Below are positions 44,205-64,000 of a stretch of 64,000 nt of DNA, piece by piece (position 1 is the stretch's first letter; each line of letters starts with the position of its first letter). This DNA is from Octopus vulgaris (lineage: Eukaryota). The DNA lies in the NCBI GenBank assembly GCA_951406725.2, contig OX597830.1, positions 47,678,001 to 47,742,000 on the forward strand. The letters run 5' to 3'. The position numbers and the translations under genes are program-made. The notes under the pieces were generated by a model. That model saw only the letters and a list, made by a program, of their open reading frames with translations, did not search any database and was not told where the DNA came from.

Positions 44205-45888
44205 TACTGTGTCTGCTTGTCACCCCACCATCGCTTGACAACCGATGTTGGTGTGTTTATGTCATCAGAACACCTCAATATTAGTTTCTGCTAGGAGAAA
44301 GCTTCAGACTCAAGAAAGAAAAGGAATTTACATTTTGTGACGTTGATCCAACATATTAAAACTTAATCCGAGGACTTGGCTTAGAATCTTTTGTTTAAGC
44401 AGTTACCTGAAGATGCAGCCATCGAAACTGAAATATATGAGAAAGCTATTCCATTGACTGACAAACCTTTAATCATCACCATGCAACAACCACAGACCGT
44501 CGGTTCATTATGCCTTTCCTCGTCCTTCCACAATTCACACTTGTCTCACATCCAAAGCTGTGTATCACCACTAGTCAAGAAGTGTAACGCAGTATCGTCG
44601 TTTCCTGCCTCCACCTTTATACAGGCTTTTTAAAACAAACCCAGCAGCCCCACCCGGAGCAGACTGACCCTCTCCCCACGATACTTAGGCTACTGGCATA
44701 ATCCCTCCGTCTTTGCCAACCATCGTCCTGTCTCACACTCATTTTTAACTTCTTAAAGGAGGGAATAGAGACAACCAATAACAACATCCTTGATCCTTTT
44801 CCATGCTCAAGAGCCACCAGTGTTTTTTTGTTTTTTTTGTGAAGCCAGATATGCTAAAGACAAAGACAACCCTGTCACTAATGAGTGAATTCTCAACCTT
44901 CCATGTCAGCAAATCATTCGGTTGCTTGGCGCAAAAATCTCCTGGAGAAAGTAACCACCAATGAGATCCGTTTGTCTCTTGTTTCTGAGATCGACTGCGA
45001 CCAATCAAAACGTGCGATCGCTCTGTGAACTGACAGCACTTTTTCTGACTGGATTTCTATTAATTCCAACGCGCTTGAAAGTTTATCCACCCCAAGGCCC
45101 AACATAACCATTCCGCCCCCAACATTTCCTCCTCAGACCATCAGTGTTCAGAAATCCCTTTCTGCGAATATTTATCTTCCAGCAGTCATTTAGCAGCTGT
45201 TTAAGAGACACGTTAGCTGCATCGACATCATCAGTCTGTGAGTCCATGAGCCAGTTCCTTGCTCTCAACCAAACTAATATCTACAATCTACTGAAGGTTG
45301 CCTCTAGTAATCTTTAATCCATTTCCTCTAATTCCCGTATTAACCATATTGCTTCATCCTTTGTCTTCAAAACTGATTTCCACTGAAACTTTGTACTTAT
45401 CTCAACTCTCAAAGGTTCAACACTAACAGCATCGATTTCACTAATCTGATGGCGATGGTGTTGGCGGTTGTAGTTGTGGTGGTGATGGTGGTGTTGGCAG
45501 TTGTAGTTGTGGTGGTGGTGGTGGTGATGTTGGAGGTTGTAGTTGTGGTGGTGGTGGTGATGTTGGAAGTTGTAGTTGTGGTGGTGGTGGTGGTGATGTT
45601 GGAGGTTGTAGTTGTGGTGGTGGTGATGGCGTTGGCAGTTGTAGTTGTGGTGGTGGTGGTGATGTTGGAGGTTGTAGTTGTGGTGATGGTGTTGGCGGTT
45701 GTTGTTGTGGTGGTGGTGGTGGTGGCGGTTATGGTTGTGGTGGTGGTGGTGATGTTGGAGGTTGTAGTTGTGGTGGTTGCTATTCTCCTTAATCTTCAGC
45801 TTATTAATAAAAAAACAACCCAATTTACTTCAATTTCAAATTAAATAAGAACAAGATTACAGATTCAAAAGGAAACGACTTCTCTTAC

Positions 45889-45921
45889 CTCCACCGTATT
45901 GAACGAATGATAGCCATAGCA
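45889..45921 (-). CDS. PAN protein paralog B, coding exon 2
   Basis: (V)LWLSFVQYGG(D); splice sites intact. Confidence 0.72.
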
Positions 45922-46722
45922 CTGAAATGAACCGAAAACAAAGGTGAATTGAATGAATCGTGTGTGATTTTGATATCTAACATCGATTTAAAGACACAAG
46001 ACACAACGGACAGTGTCCAGCAGATTGGATCAAGTCCAGCACTGGACTGCTACTTACTTTACAAATCCCAAAAGGATGGCACACAACCAGTTGTGCTCCC
46101 CGCCTGTTTCCACTTGGTGGTGTGGATACGCAAAGCTCGTCCATCGGGTGATATTCACCCCTGCACAACCGCTCACAGTTTCTCTAATCGCAGTTGCTGC
46201 TATCGGTTTTTCACAGAACCCAACTTCTATATTTTTATCAAACAATCGAGCAAAGTGCCGCAAAATGCTGCACTCAAGTACATGGAATTCAAAAACATAG
46301 ATCCATCGCCGTCCGTTAAAGAACGAAAAACGAGTTTGTTTCTTCCGCCACCCGAACTCGTTGGACGGCTTTAGGTCTTCCTATGTAAATCTCGCGCACT
46401 AGCTTAGACAATAGAGTCATCGTCTTTCGCGTCAAAGAAATGGTTTAGCCCTATTTTCTTCACAGACACAGTCATTGTGATGCTTTCCTCAAGCTTATTT
46501 TAATCTGCTGACGAAACACCTCTCACATTCACTGTTTTCTGTCGACTTCTTAGTTAAACTTTAATAATATTCGTCGTTAGAATTCTCATTGAGGCAACGG
46601 AGTGACTCAGTAATGATAGGATAGAGTAACATTTTCGGCAGAGTTTATGTTGATTGATGGCTTATATTACATATACTTAGAAAGATGATATATATGGGGT
46701 GGGGGTGGGGGGTGCGTATGTA

Positions 46723-46766
<44 letters not shown>

Positions 46767-47542
46767 GATAAAAGTTTTCGAAAAAAATTTTGTCAATGGC
46801 CAGCATATTAAAAAATACCTCTAAAGGTTAAATTTATAAATAATTTATAAACAAGGGCAAAACAAAAAAATTCTAATGCCAAATATGCCGAAAATAGACA
46901 AATCGTCAATAACCATATAATTCATCACTATAAGCACGCGTCTCGAAGTAAGCCGACAGAAATTTCTAAAAAATTCCGTTATTATCATATCGGTCCCAAT
47001 TTCAGAGTTAATTCATAAGACTTTTCTCCTCGTCAGCGATGAATACGGTAAGAAATAAATGAAATACTTACTTATACCGTGTAAGAAGCAAACACTAAGT
47101 CATGAGCACACTTAAGTACCCCAAATATATCCAAAATAGAAATTCTCCAGCACACCTCGAGACCCGTGCGATCGGACTGAAAACTCTCCTAGAGCGAGAG
47201 AGTCCGGAAGTGAACACTATTAATTTTACATCTAATATAGGATAAAATTTTCCGAAAAAAATTCTATCAATGGCCAGCATATTAAAAAATACTATTAAAG
47301 GTTAAATTTATAAACAACTTATAAACAAGGGCAAAAGAAAAACATTCTAATGCCAAATCTGACGAAAAGTCTCCGGTTGTGGTGGTGGATTCTCTAGATT
47401 CTCGGATTTCTGCATATTTGCGCGTCATCGGTAGCAAGTACTCTTTTCGCCTGGTAATGATGCTTCTGTGCTTTTTAGAACCATGCCTTAATACGAGACT
47501 CTATCTCAAAACGAGCCCTGCAATATTATCCACGTTAAATAG

Positions 47543-47649
<107 letters not shown>

Positions 47650-47902
47650 CGTTGGAATGAGTGCTCAATCCCGCATTGGGGGACAAATAATTTCTTTATT
47701 TGTGAATGAAGAAAGGAGGAGGTAGAAAATGAATATTTTTATTCCACCAATTGACATCCATAGGATAAAGGCTGCGAAACGATCGTCGTTATGATATGGA
47801 TGTCAATTGGTGAAGTAAATATCTTCATCTTATACCTCCACTCCTTTTTCAGGTATGTATACACCCCACCCCATATATATAAAACTTAGATACGTTTCGA
47901 CT

Positions 47903-48523
47903 AGAGATTGGTCCAGGCCGTGTCTAACTTAATAACACCACCTAATAGGCTTTTCTAAATCCTTTTAAAGTCAAGTTTTGTGTTATCATGGTCCATTCAA
48001 GTAGTGAGTTCTTGTTGAGTGAGTTGTATACAGGTATGGGTGGCTTATCTGGAATTCCTTGAAGAAATTTGTCCAGATCCGTTTAAAGTCGATGGGATCC
48101 TTTTCCTCTTTGATCAGTTTTGGGACAATGTTAAACACGGCAGGGCCTGTTGAGGAAAAGAAATTTTGCTGCAGTCTATTTATGTGTTGTGATCCTTAAT
48201 TGGGCAGGGGACGTATGGCCCGTGGTCCCAGCCTTGGATGAATTTTGAAGCTAATGTTCAGGTCGTTTTGGCAACGCTGGCAGTATATTCTCCACACCGT
48301 ACAAATGATGTACCGCTCGCGGCGGCACTGGAGAGACTAGAGTTTCAAGGCTTTGAGGCGGTTCCAGTAATCGAGATCAATCATGCCCTTAATTCGTTTA
48401 TTGAATGCCCTCTGGGGTGATTCAACTTTTGAGATGTTTTGCTTTGTATGGGGAGACCACAGGGGGCAGCAGTATTTGAGGTGTGGCCGTACAAAGGAAA
48501 AGTGGAATGATGACACCTTGTTC
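47903..48523 (-). mobile_element. LINE fragment (copy B paralog)
   Basis: Same sequence as 19800-20420. Confidence 0.8.
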
Positions 48524-48528
48524 TCTAT

Positions 48529-48597
<69 letters not shown>

Positions 48598-48610
48598 GTG
48601 AGAGAGAGAT

Positions 48611-48650
<40 letters not shown>

Positions 48651-48771
48651 GAGAGTTTACGAAAAAAAACAAAAGACGTATCAGTATAACGCTCAGCAAT
48701 AGAAAAAGTCTTTTACATTTCGAGTCTACGCTCTTCCACAGAAAGGGACACAGAAAAAAAACAAGAAGGGA

Positions 48772-48906
<135 letters not shown>

Positions 48907-49266
48907 TGTAAGCAGTGTATATTTATCTGTGTGTGTGTGTGTGTGTTAGCTGTTCATGAAGACTATCTGATAGAATATGAATGCTGTATTATTCATGTAA
49001 GATGCATCGCAGAATATTCCAACTTATTTTCACGTCATGTTAATCTGATCCTCACCTTTTAAGTATGAAACATATTTATATAAAGCCAACTATCACACGG
49101 TATACTTGCCTCGTAATTACGCTTGTAATCTTTTATATTTAAAATTTTATCCTTTTTACAAAATCATATTATATGCAACGCATTGAAAACAAAACGAAAA
49201 TCATTGAATTTAACTTCACAGAGAAATGGAAATGTCTGAAGAGAGATATAAGTATATTTAGCTTAC

Positions 49267-49303
49267 CAAAAATGGTTGACAACTTATGCAAAAGTTTGGA
49301 CAT
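49267..49303 (-). CDS. PAN protein paralog B, coding exon 1 (signal peptide)
   Basis: Identical to 21176-21212. Confidence 0.75.
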
Positions 49304-49418
49304 TTTGAAGCGTTGAAAGTCTTTAAACTGCAAAATGGAATCGTTTCGGTTTGAATGTCTGATAGGAAATAATAGAGTATATATATTCTCTGCGTCATTA
49401 TTGGAGAGGAGGGCCTTA

Positions 49419-49449
<31 letters not shown>

Positions 49450-49712
49450 TATCATCATCATCATCATCGTCTTCGCCATTGTTACCAGTACCTGCCAGCA
49501 GCAGCAGCAGCAGTAGCAGCTGTAGCAGTAGTAGTCACATCAGCAACCCAAACACTTCGATGATGTTGATGATGATGATGATGATGATGATGATGACGAC
49601 GACAGCAACGACGATCATAACAATGACGAGGACCTCATAATTGATTAGATTTGTAAATCCCACAAACACATTCAATTAATAAAAGGTAAAACTACCACCA
49701 CCACCACCACCG

Positions 49713-49753
<41 letters not shown>

Positions 49754-50336
49754 GCACATTTGTCTTCTATCTGCATTGTAATCATCAACTTTTGTCAAAT
49801 TCCTTCTAGTAACAAACAATCAAGTTTTATGCTCTGATGAGCTTATTGTTAATTAATGATGCTTACTTAAAACAACAACACAAAACCACTTTCTTCAATG
49901 ACTTTCAGATAAGAGCTTAAGCGATAAGTCGAGATATTGATTTCAAATTTTGCTCAAGGCCAGCAATTTCGATCCCAGAATTTCGATCCCAGAATTCAAG
50001 TGGTACTAATTTTATTGACGCTGATGTCGACCTCAGTGAAATTTGAACTCAGAACGCAAAGACGGACGAAATGCTGCTAAGCACTTTATCCGGCGTATTA
50101 ACGATTCTGCCAGTTCGCCGCCTCACGTTAAGTAGATATACTGAAAACTAGAAGCAGTACCCGGCGTTACCCAGGTTTATAGAACGTATCAGAAATCAGA
50201 TAAGATTTTGGTCTTAGCCTTAAAGACACCCCTTAAAGATCCCCTTATGCAAAATTTCAGGTACTTCGATACAACGTAGTGGCTTAGAACTTGACCCAAA
50301 GACACACACACGCACACATACAAACACACACACATA

Positions 50337-50411
<75 letters not shown>

Positions 50412-51113
50412 AGAAATTGTTGCTAGGAATAACTGAAATTCTGATATTAAACAGGGCTTCCCAAACAGCGTAGCCATATCCATACAATTTTTGTCCATCT
50501 TTTACCAAAGTCTTTTCTTCAATTGCAATGCCATCCACTTTGAATGCAGCATCACTGAAATAAATGGCAATCTCATTATTATGGTGCCGTATTTGATTGA
50601 TATAATCACCAAATGTTTATCGTCAGCTGGATCGATACCTGGAAATCAGCTGGCATAAACGTTAGAACGCCGGGCGAAATGCTTAGCGGTATTTAGTCTG
50701 TCTTTATGTTCTGAGTTCAAATTCCACCGAGGTCGACTTTACCTTTCATACTTTCGGAGTCGATAAATTAAGTACCAGTTACGCACTGGGGTTGATCTAA
50801 TCGCCTGCCCCCTCCTCCAAAATTTCGAGCCTTGTGCCTATAGTAGAAAAGAATATTAAGAGAACTGCATGGAAGCTTTGCGGTTTTGAAGGTGATTATA
50901 CAATAAGTGATTTTACTTTTAATGCTTCACCTGGCCGTCATTTTCCAACAGGTTTTGCCCGAAACAACCTTCTCCATATGCAGGGCAAACATGACATCCA
51001 TTTTTCGTAGCTTTTGATACTTTGACTTCAAGTAAGAATATCCTTACGTAGCGACCTGACATACATACGTGCATACATACGTACATACATGCATACATAC
51101 ATACATACATACA

Positions 51114-51144
<31 letters not shown>

Positions 51145-52300
51145 GTACATACATACATGCGTACATACGTAAATACGTACGTACATACATACCTTCATAC
51201 GTACATACGTATATACAAACATACATGCATGCATACATACATACATACATATATACATACACACACACAACACACAGACACATACATATACACATACATA
51301 TATACATACATATATTCGTACATACGTACATACATACATACGTGCATACATACGTACATACATACATACGTACATACGTACATAGATACGTACATACGTA
51401 CATACATACATACATACCTACATACGTACATACGTATATACATACATACATGCATGCATACATACATGCATACATACACACACAGAACACATGCATACAC
51501 TTACATATACACATACATATATACATACATACATTCGCACATACATACATACATGCATACATACATAAATAAATACATACATACATACATACATACATAC
51601 ATACATACATACATACATACATACATACATACATACATACATACATACAAATTGCTCTCAGTATCAACCAAACTGTTTGGCGATAGACAGTAAACGAAAG
51701 TACAGCAAAACATTGGCTCCAAAAATTTTGTGTTGTAGACAAAAGCCTCAACGGGATAGGTGGTTTTAGACGACCAATTGAGCACTTGGGAGCTATTATT
51801 GAAGTGGATCTCTGTAGACCATTAAAGAGCTGGCAGAAGAATTAACGCTGACCATTCGTCATGTAGTTCTTCAGTTGTTCCATATTTGTACCACACTGCA
51901 AAATCTTTTACAAAAAGATCGGAAACGGGCGCTGCACAAGCTGATTGAAATTGATTTTAAAAAACCGCTTTCACGGTTGTGCATTAGGATTCTTTTTTGC
52001 GTAGCAATGTAGACGGTGCAGCTGCACGCGTATGAGCAGGCTTGGGCAAGACTTTTTCAAAAGATTCGATCTGGGTAGTTGCCCATGCATGCAACATTTC
52101 AATTTGTTTAATAATAAATTAATAAAACTACAAAGTACGATGCGTATATAAGATTACGTAGAAGCACGCCCCTGTCTTGGACAGATGTTAATTTATACAA
52201 ATAGAAACAAATATATTTTTGAAGTGCTCAAGTTAAATATTTAAAAGAAAATAAAGGCTTTCAGAGCAATATCTTATCTATCAGACACAAACGAAAGAGA

Positions 52301-54990
<2,690 letters not shown>

Positions 54991-54991
54991 A

Positions 54992-56505
54992 CACAAATAT
55001 TTAGGGATAAATGGAGGCTCTAGTATTCAGCATGCAAGCATGAAAGAGAAAATCAGGAAGGAATGTTATAGGAGAGTTCGTGCAGTCCTGAAATCAGAAC
55101 TAAATGCACGTAACAAGGTGTTAGCTATACATTCCTTAGCAGTTCCAGTTATTACATATAGCTACAATGTGTTGAACTGGAATATGAGTGAAGTAAAGAA
55201 TATAGATAGAAAAATACGCAAGATGCTGAGTTGTAATAGGATGCACCACCCAAAGGCAGACGTAGATCGCCTTTACCTTCCCAGAGCCCAAGGAGGTCGA
55301 GGCCTGATCCAATTTGAACTAGCTTACAAAACAACCACAATTGGACTGGCCAAATATCTCGAAATATCGAATGACTGGATGTTAAAGCTCGTGGTAAATC
55401 ACGAGAGACGAAAGAAGCTTCATTCTATCATAAAGGAAAGCAAAAAATTTGCTATTGATCTCGTGCAGGATACCCAAACTGAACAACCCGAGGGAAGTAC
55501 GGCAACTATTGTTGCAAAAGAGGTGAAAATGATAGCAATGAAAAAAGCGCACGAGCAATTGGCTGATAGGTGGGAGGAGAAACCTCTGCACTGCAAATAT
55601 GTGACCCGCAGCAAACAAGCTGATGTTGACCAGAAGCAAACCCATCAGTGGCTACGGAGCTCAGGGCCAAAAGCAGAGAGCGAAGGTTTCATCCTGGCTG
55701 CTCAAGATCAAAGCCTATTAACCCGGAACTACCAGGCCAATGTGATGAAAAATGGAGCAGACCCAAAATGCCGATTCTGCAACGACATGATTGAAACAGT
55801 GGATCACCTAATCTCTGGATGTAAAGTCTTAGCACCAGTGGAGTATAAATTAAGACATGACAGAGTTGGCCAATATCTCCACTGGCTAATAAGTCGGCAT
55901 TACAATATCAAAACTGCTGACAAGTGGTATAATCACCACCCTGAGGCTGTAACTGAAGGAGAAAATGTAACCATTCTGTGGGACTTTCCAGTACATACAG
56001 ACCGAACCATCAAGGCCAATAAACCAGATATTGTTGTGAAAGACCAAAACAATAAAGTTTGCTTATTGATCGACATGAGCATCCCCTGTGATCATAATAT
56101 CTCAGCGAAAGAGTTTGACAAGCTCAGAAAATATAAAGACCTACTCATTGAAATTGAGAAAATGTGGCATCTCAAGGCGGTTACAATACCAGTGATCGTA
56201 GGAGCACTAGGAATGATCAAGAAGGGAACCGAAAATTATATGAGAATGATCCCTGGCTTACCATCCCTGCAAGAAGTGCAAAAGATTGTCTTAACTGGTA
56301 CATCACAGGTATTGAGAAGAGCATTGTCGATGTGAGAACTGTTGCTGCTCATGTATTTTAATTTAATTTAAAAAAAAAAAAAATGAACGAACTATTGAGT
56401 TTGGTTTAATGGCCTACCAATGTATACTATGAGTTTCTTTGTCCTAGGAGTCGGGAAGACACTCGGCAAGAAATGGAAGCAAATTTGAAAGAAGAAAAAA
56501 AAAGG
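54992..56505 (+). mobile_element. 5'-truncated R4/Dong-clade non-LTR retrotransposon (RT end, CCHC finger, restriction-like endonuclease), copy B only
   Basis: Uninterrupted frame to the stop at 56335: KYLG, MHHPKADVDRLYLPRAQGGRGL, CRFC...ETVDHLISGC, RHD, KPDIVV...LIDMSIP...KLRKY. Flanked on both sides by (AAT)n. Confidence 0.9.
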
Positions 56506-59254
<2,749 letters not shown>

Positions 59255-62200
59255 GACAAAAACAGTAGATATTCCGTACACAATATATGTGATTAACATC
59301 ATATAATACCGGAATCATAAATGGTATCTGCGGGTGGATGAAGCCTGAGCTGGTCAACATAGCGCAAACATTCGCAACCACACACACACACACACACACA
59401 CACAATTGTTCTCGGATGCTGCACCAGTCAGCTCATTCGATTTCTGCTCTGTTCTTTTGAAGACCGTATAAATAAAAGACTATGAAAACGAAAACGGCTC
59501 TAAATTAACTGCAATCTCCTCGTCTGGCTGCTTAATGTTATCTTACACTTATTATAAAAAAAAGACTGTTCCTCTTCCAAAAGTTGGCAACCAGCCTTCT
59601 CACCAAACTAAATATCTAACATTTAATTCTATTGTTCCCACCCACCTACCTACCTCCTCCAATATACCGAAACTATTCCTTTCCATTTTTATCTGATTTT
59701 GATTTTTATGTTTGAACAAAATTAAACATTAACAAAAAAAAATAAAGCATTAAAGAAAAATAAAATATAATAAAATAAAAAAACAATACAAACCGACGGA
59801 AAACTCTAAAGAATTATTCTTGATAGTTTCTCCTTCGCTTCTTTCTTATCTCAACCTTTTTCCCTTTTAAATCTGCTTTTGTTTCTTTCGTCTTGTAACA
59901 TTTTTATATATTTATAGACCATTTATCTGATATTCTAGAGATTGCAGATAGACAAATCAATAGGGAAAAGGGGTAGGGGCGGAGCAGCAGCCAAAGAGTC
60001 AGTGGATGGTATTCTGCCACCACAACCACCACCACCACCGCAACTACCTTCGCTGTGTGTTCTTTGCTCATAACCTCTACAACGTATTCGCTCCCTAGTA
60101 GCACTTCATTGCATCCTGTTTTGTCTCATCACTATGTGATGATATCCTCACAGTCACCATCCCTGCATCTACATCATGTCCTGCCACCTCATCTACAATG
60201 TATCCTCTCACCGCCACCTCTACCATGTACCCTCTCATCTTACGTTCTATCCTCCTGTCACACACACACACACACACTGCCCGTTCCCAGCAGTGCAGAC
60301 CACTAATCTCTGGCTAAGTCCTCGGTCATTTAGTGAGGACCAAAATTTACTGTTCAGAACCGTAGTTCAACACTGTGGTATTGACAAATTCTAAAGTTTT
60401 GGCTAAAAGTGGCGGGTTCAGTTCCTGAGGCTGAGAGAAAAATCCATCTATGATGGACCAGCATCCTCTCTAGCAGAAGGATGTGGAGCGAAGGATTTCG
60501 ATGGTTTTATTGCAATGGAAAAGCGAAAAAGCAACACAAATTCTCTCAACCAATGGAATCTGAAAAGGATCAGCCTTTTCGTGTTTAACACATTTCCTCA
60601 TTCTTTGGCCAAAACTTTGGATATTCTTTTCCCCTTTATGACAAACCAACATATTTTAAACACAGTTTATTAATATTGTTTAATCGACTGATTGATTCCT
60701 TAATCCATTGACTGATTTCTGTGCTGGAGACGCCAAGTCGGCTCTGTTTGGGCTGAAAATACAACAGTTGCTGGCCATTGTTGTTTCTTGAGAAAATCTA
60801 TAGAATAACAATAAGACTGAGAACATCATAGAGTAATTTGGCTCTTTTAAAATACACCAAACACTAATATATTCAATTTATTTTGGTTCTTTTCCTTCAT
60901 AACAAATATTTTATCATAAATTCATAATATTGAAGGATGCTGTACGTGGCCTTTTAGCCTGCTAGAAATATCAGCAAAATTTTTGTCAAATCACACAAAC
61001 TATGCTAAATAAAGAAGTCCACATTGAGCAACATAAACTTTGATATATGAAAAGAGAAGATGGCTATGGTTGGCTTACTCAAGTATTTACAGGGTCTAAA
61101 ATAGCAGCAGCAGCAGTAACGTGAACAGCAACAACAAGTGTTGAATGACATTTGTTTAATTCTCAACTGACCTGTCTTTGTTTCTTCTCTTAAGAATTTC
61201 CGAATATAGCGAATAGCTTGAAAGGAATAATCTGTGCAAGACTGATTTATATCGAGACGCGCTTTATGAAGATGAAGTCTTTGGTGCTGATCCGATTACA
61301 CATTAATGGCTATAGGAACAGATTAGTTTGACTGGTGGTACTCTTGCTACTAGAAGCTGATGTAGTGGAATGAAGTAGCGATGATCAGGCTGGAAAGTTT
61401 TGGTACTTGACAAAAGAACTGATATTCCGTCAGTTACGACGACGAATGTTCCAGATCAACGGAACAGCCTGCTCGTGAAATTAAAGTGCAAATGGCTGAG
61501 TACTCCACAGGCACGCGTACCCTAAACGTAGTTCTAAGTGAGATTCAGCATGACACAGACTGTGACAAAGCTGGCCCTTGGAATTACCGGTACAACTCAT
61601 TTTTGCCAGGTGGGTTGAAAAGAGCAACCTGAAATAAAGTGTCTTGCTCAAGGACACAACGCGCCCCGGGAATCGAACTCACGACCTTGCGATCGTGAGC
61701 CGAATGCATTAACCACTAAGCCTAATGATCTCCCAACACCACCTTCAAGAAACCAGCCACTCAACTGATAACCTATCAATCTGGTGACCGCACAAGACAG
61801 ATTGAATACATTCTCATCAGAAAGAGGGAATAATTGTTGCTGAGAAATGCAAGGATTTTCCTGATCGAAGAACGTAGCCCTCAACATGGATTAGTCATTA
61901 GCGACTTCAGACTTCAGATTAGAAGGATTCCAAGAATCAGACCAGTTTCGAAAAGAAAGATTTGAAAGTTTAAGGATCCTTTGAGACATCCTAACTGAAG
62001 CATTTGGCAAGGAGTTACAGACGTGTAACACAGAGGACAACTTACTGAGAGCTACCGACTAAATTTATAGCTGGTGCAAATTCCCAACCAGACCCAGGGT
62101 GACATGGTGATGGAACAGTGTTGTTGAGAAGGCCATTAAAGCAAAGAAATAGGCCTGTAAGGACGGGAAGAATGGTGGTGGCAGAGGACTTTATCGGGTA

Positions 62201-63576
62201 GTTAGAAGGGAAGTCAGGAGACTGGTATATTTAGTCAGGGAAAAAGCAGAAGGGAAAAAGTTTGCCAATGTTCTACGACAGGAGAACTAGCGGCTTGTGG
62301 GGTTTGATCCCAGTTCAAGAGTTCCCTATAATCCAAATGCCAGTCCGTCGCAAGGGTTAAGCAATCCCTCTATGCTGCTGCTGCTGTTGTTGTTGTTGCT
62401 GTTGTTAAGCAACAAGACGGGTAAGGGTGATTAGATGATGCTCTAGGGCTTAGGGGCGGGAGACCCCAGAACTTGGAAAAGAAAACAACTTTGGTCGTCT
62501 TGTTGTAGTCAAGGGCTCTTCATTGACGCCCGACACCACTGGGAGGTGGCCCTCGAAGTCGCTGGAAATGGAGATCCCCAGGTCCAAATTGGTGATGATT
62601 CACGCTTTCAGCTGAGATGACTGGTGCAAGGTAAATGAGCTGCCTTGTTAAAGTAAACGACGCGCCACCTGGAGTGAGAATCGAACCCACCACCTCACAG
62701 TCGTGAGTTGAACACTCTACCTACACATAGAAACATTACTTTATTTTATGCATTCTTTCGTTTCCTAAGACAATAAGATTTGAAGGATATTTTGCTATAT
62801 TTTCTAACAAGTCGAGCAAACGCATTGAACTGGTTGCGTTGCCGTTTGTCTATCGCCTCTGGCAAGGCATTTATCAACACCCAAGTCTAAAGAAGAATTC
62901 CAGGAGAGACAATTCACTTTTGTAAGCAGTGTCTACTTCGAAGAACTAATGCCTATTTTGTTGGCCTGCCATACTGGGTTCAATTCCTTAGAAGAATCTC
63001 CGTAATTCACCAACAACGCGGCCCCTGGGTTTGATTCAGACCAGGCCTCCTCCTTAACTCTAAACAAACTGGCGGCTGGTGACAAGGAAGTATTTCGTTT
63101 TGCTTTACATTAAATACGCATCGGAAGTGAGGAGGAAGAGGAGGATGAGGAGGAGGAGGAGGAAGAGGAGGAAGAAGAAGAGGAGGAGGGGATTTCAGAA
63201 GTGGAAGAAATCGCATTTCAGAATACGAAGAAAATATTTGGAAGAATTCTGAATAAGGTAGATCGTGATGACGACGATGACGACGAGGGCGACGACGACG
63301 ACGGCGACGACGACGACGATGATGATGATGATGGTGGTGGTGGTGGTGGTGGTGGTGATGACAGTGACGGGGATGATGGTGATGATGATGGTTGTAGTGG
63401 TGATGATGGGGAAGAGGAGGAGGTGGCCGTGATGATGGACGCAAATATAAAAAAAGTAAAATTAGAAGAGGAGGAAGAACGCGGCAGCGGTGGTGGTGAT
63501 GGTGGGGCGGAAGGGGGAGAAATAAGAGGAGGAAGGTAGGTGAAAAGGGAAGAGGGAAGAAGGAGGTTGAAGCAGG

Positions 63577-63614
<38 letters not shown>

Positions 63615-63633
63615 GTGATGGTGATGGTGATGG

Positions 63634-63682
<49 letters not shown>

Positions 63683-63714
63683 GATGATGATGATGATAAT
63701 GATGATGGTGATGG

Positions 63715-63775
<61 letters not shown>

Positions 63776-63825
63776 CATGATGATGATGATGATGATGATG
63801 GTGATGGTGATGATGCTGGTGATGG

Positions 63826-63865
<40 letters not shown>

Positions 63866-64000
63866 GAACAAAAACAAAAACGGAAGAGAAGAGCCGTGGC
63901 AACCGTAATGTGATTCTGTTGATGACGTAACAACGATAACAGACGACAAAACAGAATTGGAAATATGAGGCAAAAAGCAAAAAAAAAAGCAAAAAAAAAA

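Overview
This is AT-rich, microsatellite- and TE-dense eukaryotic DNA; the SINE, Penelope and RTE repertoire suggests a cephalopod (Octopus-like), which is an inference. The left edge holds coding exon 1 of a mARC/MOSC gene on the minus strand. Almost everything else is a recent ~31.8-kb tandem duplication: copy A ~1149-32964 and copy B from 32965 to beyond the window end. Each copy carries a five-coding-exon minus-strand gene that the ORF track only shows in fragments. It encodes a small secreted protein: signal peptide plus two PAN/Apple-like Cys domains, 205 aa in A and 207 aa in B. Non-repetitive introns differ by roughly 1% by eye. The proteins differ at about 24 residues plus a 2-aa indel, against about 3 purely silent codon changes, with all 10 Cys kept and the signal peptide nearly unchanged. 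That is the pattern expected of diversifying selection. Copy-specific events include an R4/Dong-type RLE retroelement in a hugely expanded (AAT)n array, a Penelope element followed by two hammerhead ribozymes 353 nt apart, an inversion plus 3-kb deletion, a Helitron and SINEs. Most long ORFs in the track are microsatellite artefacts.
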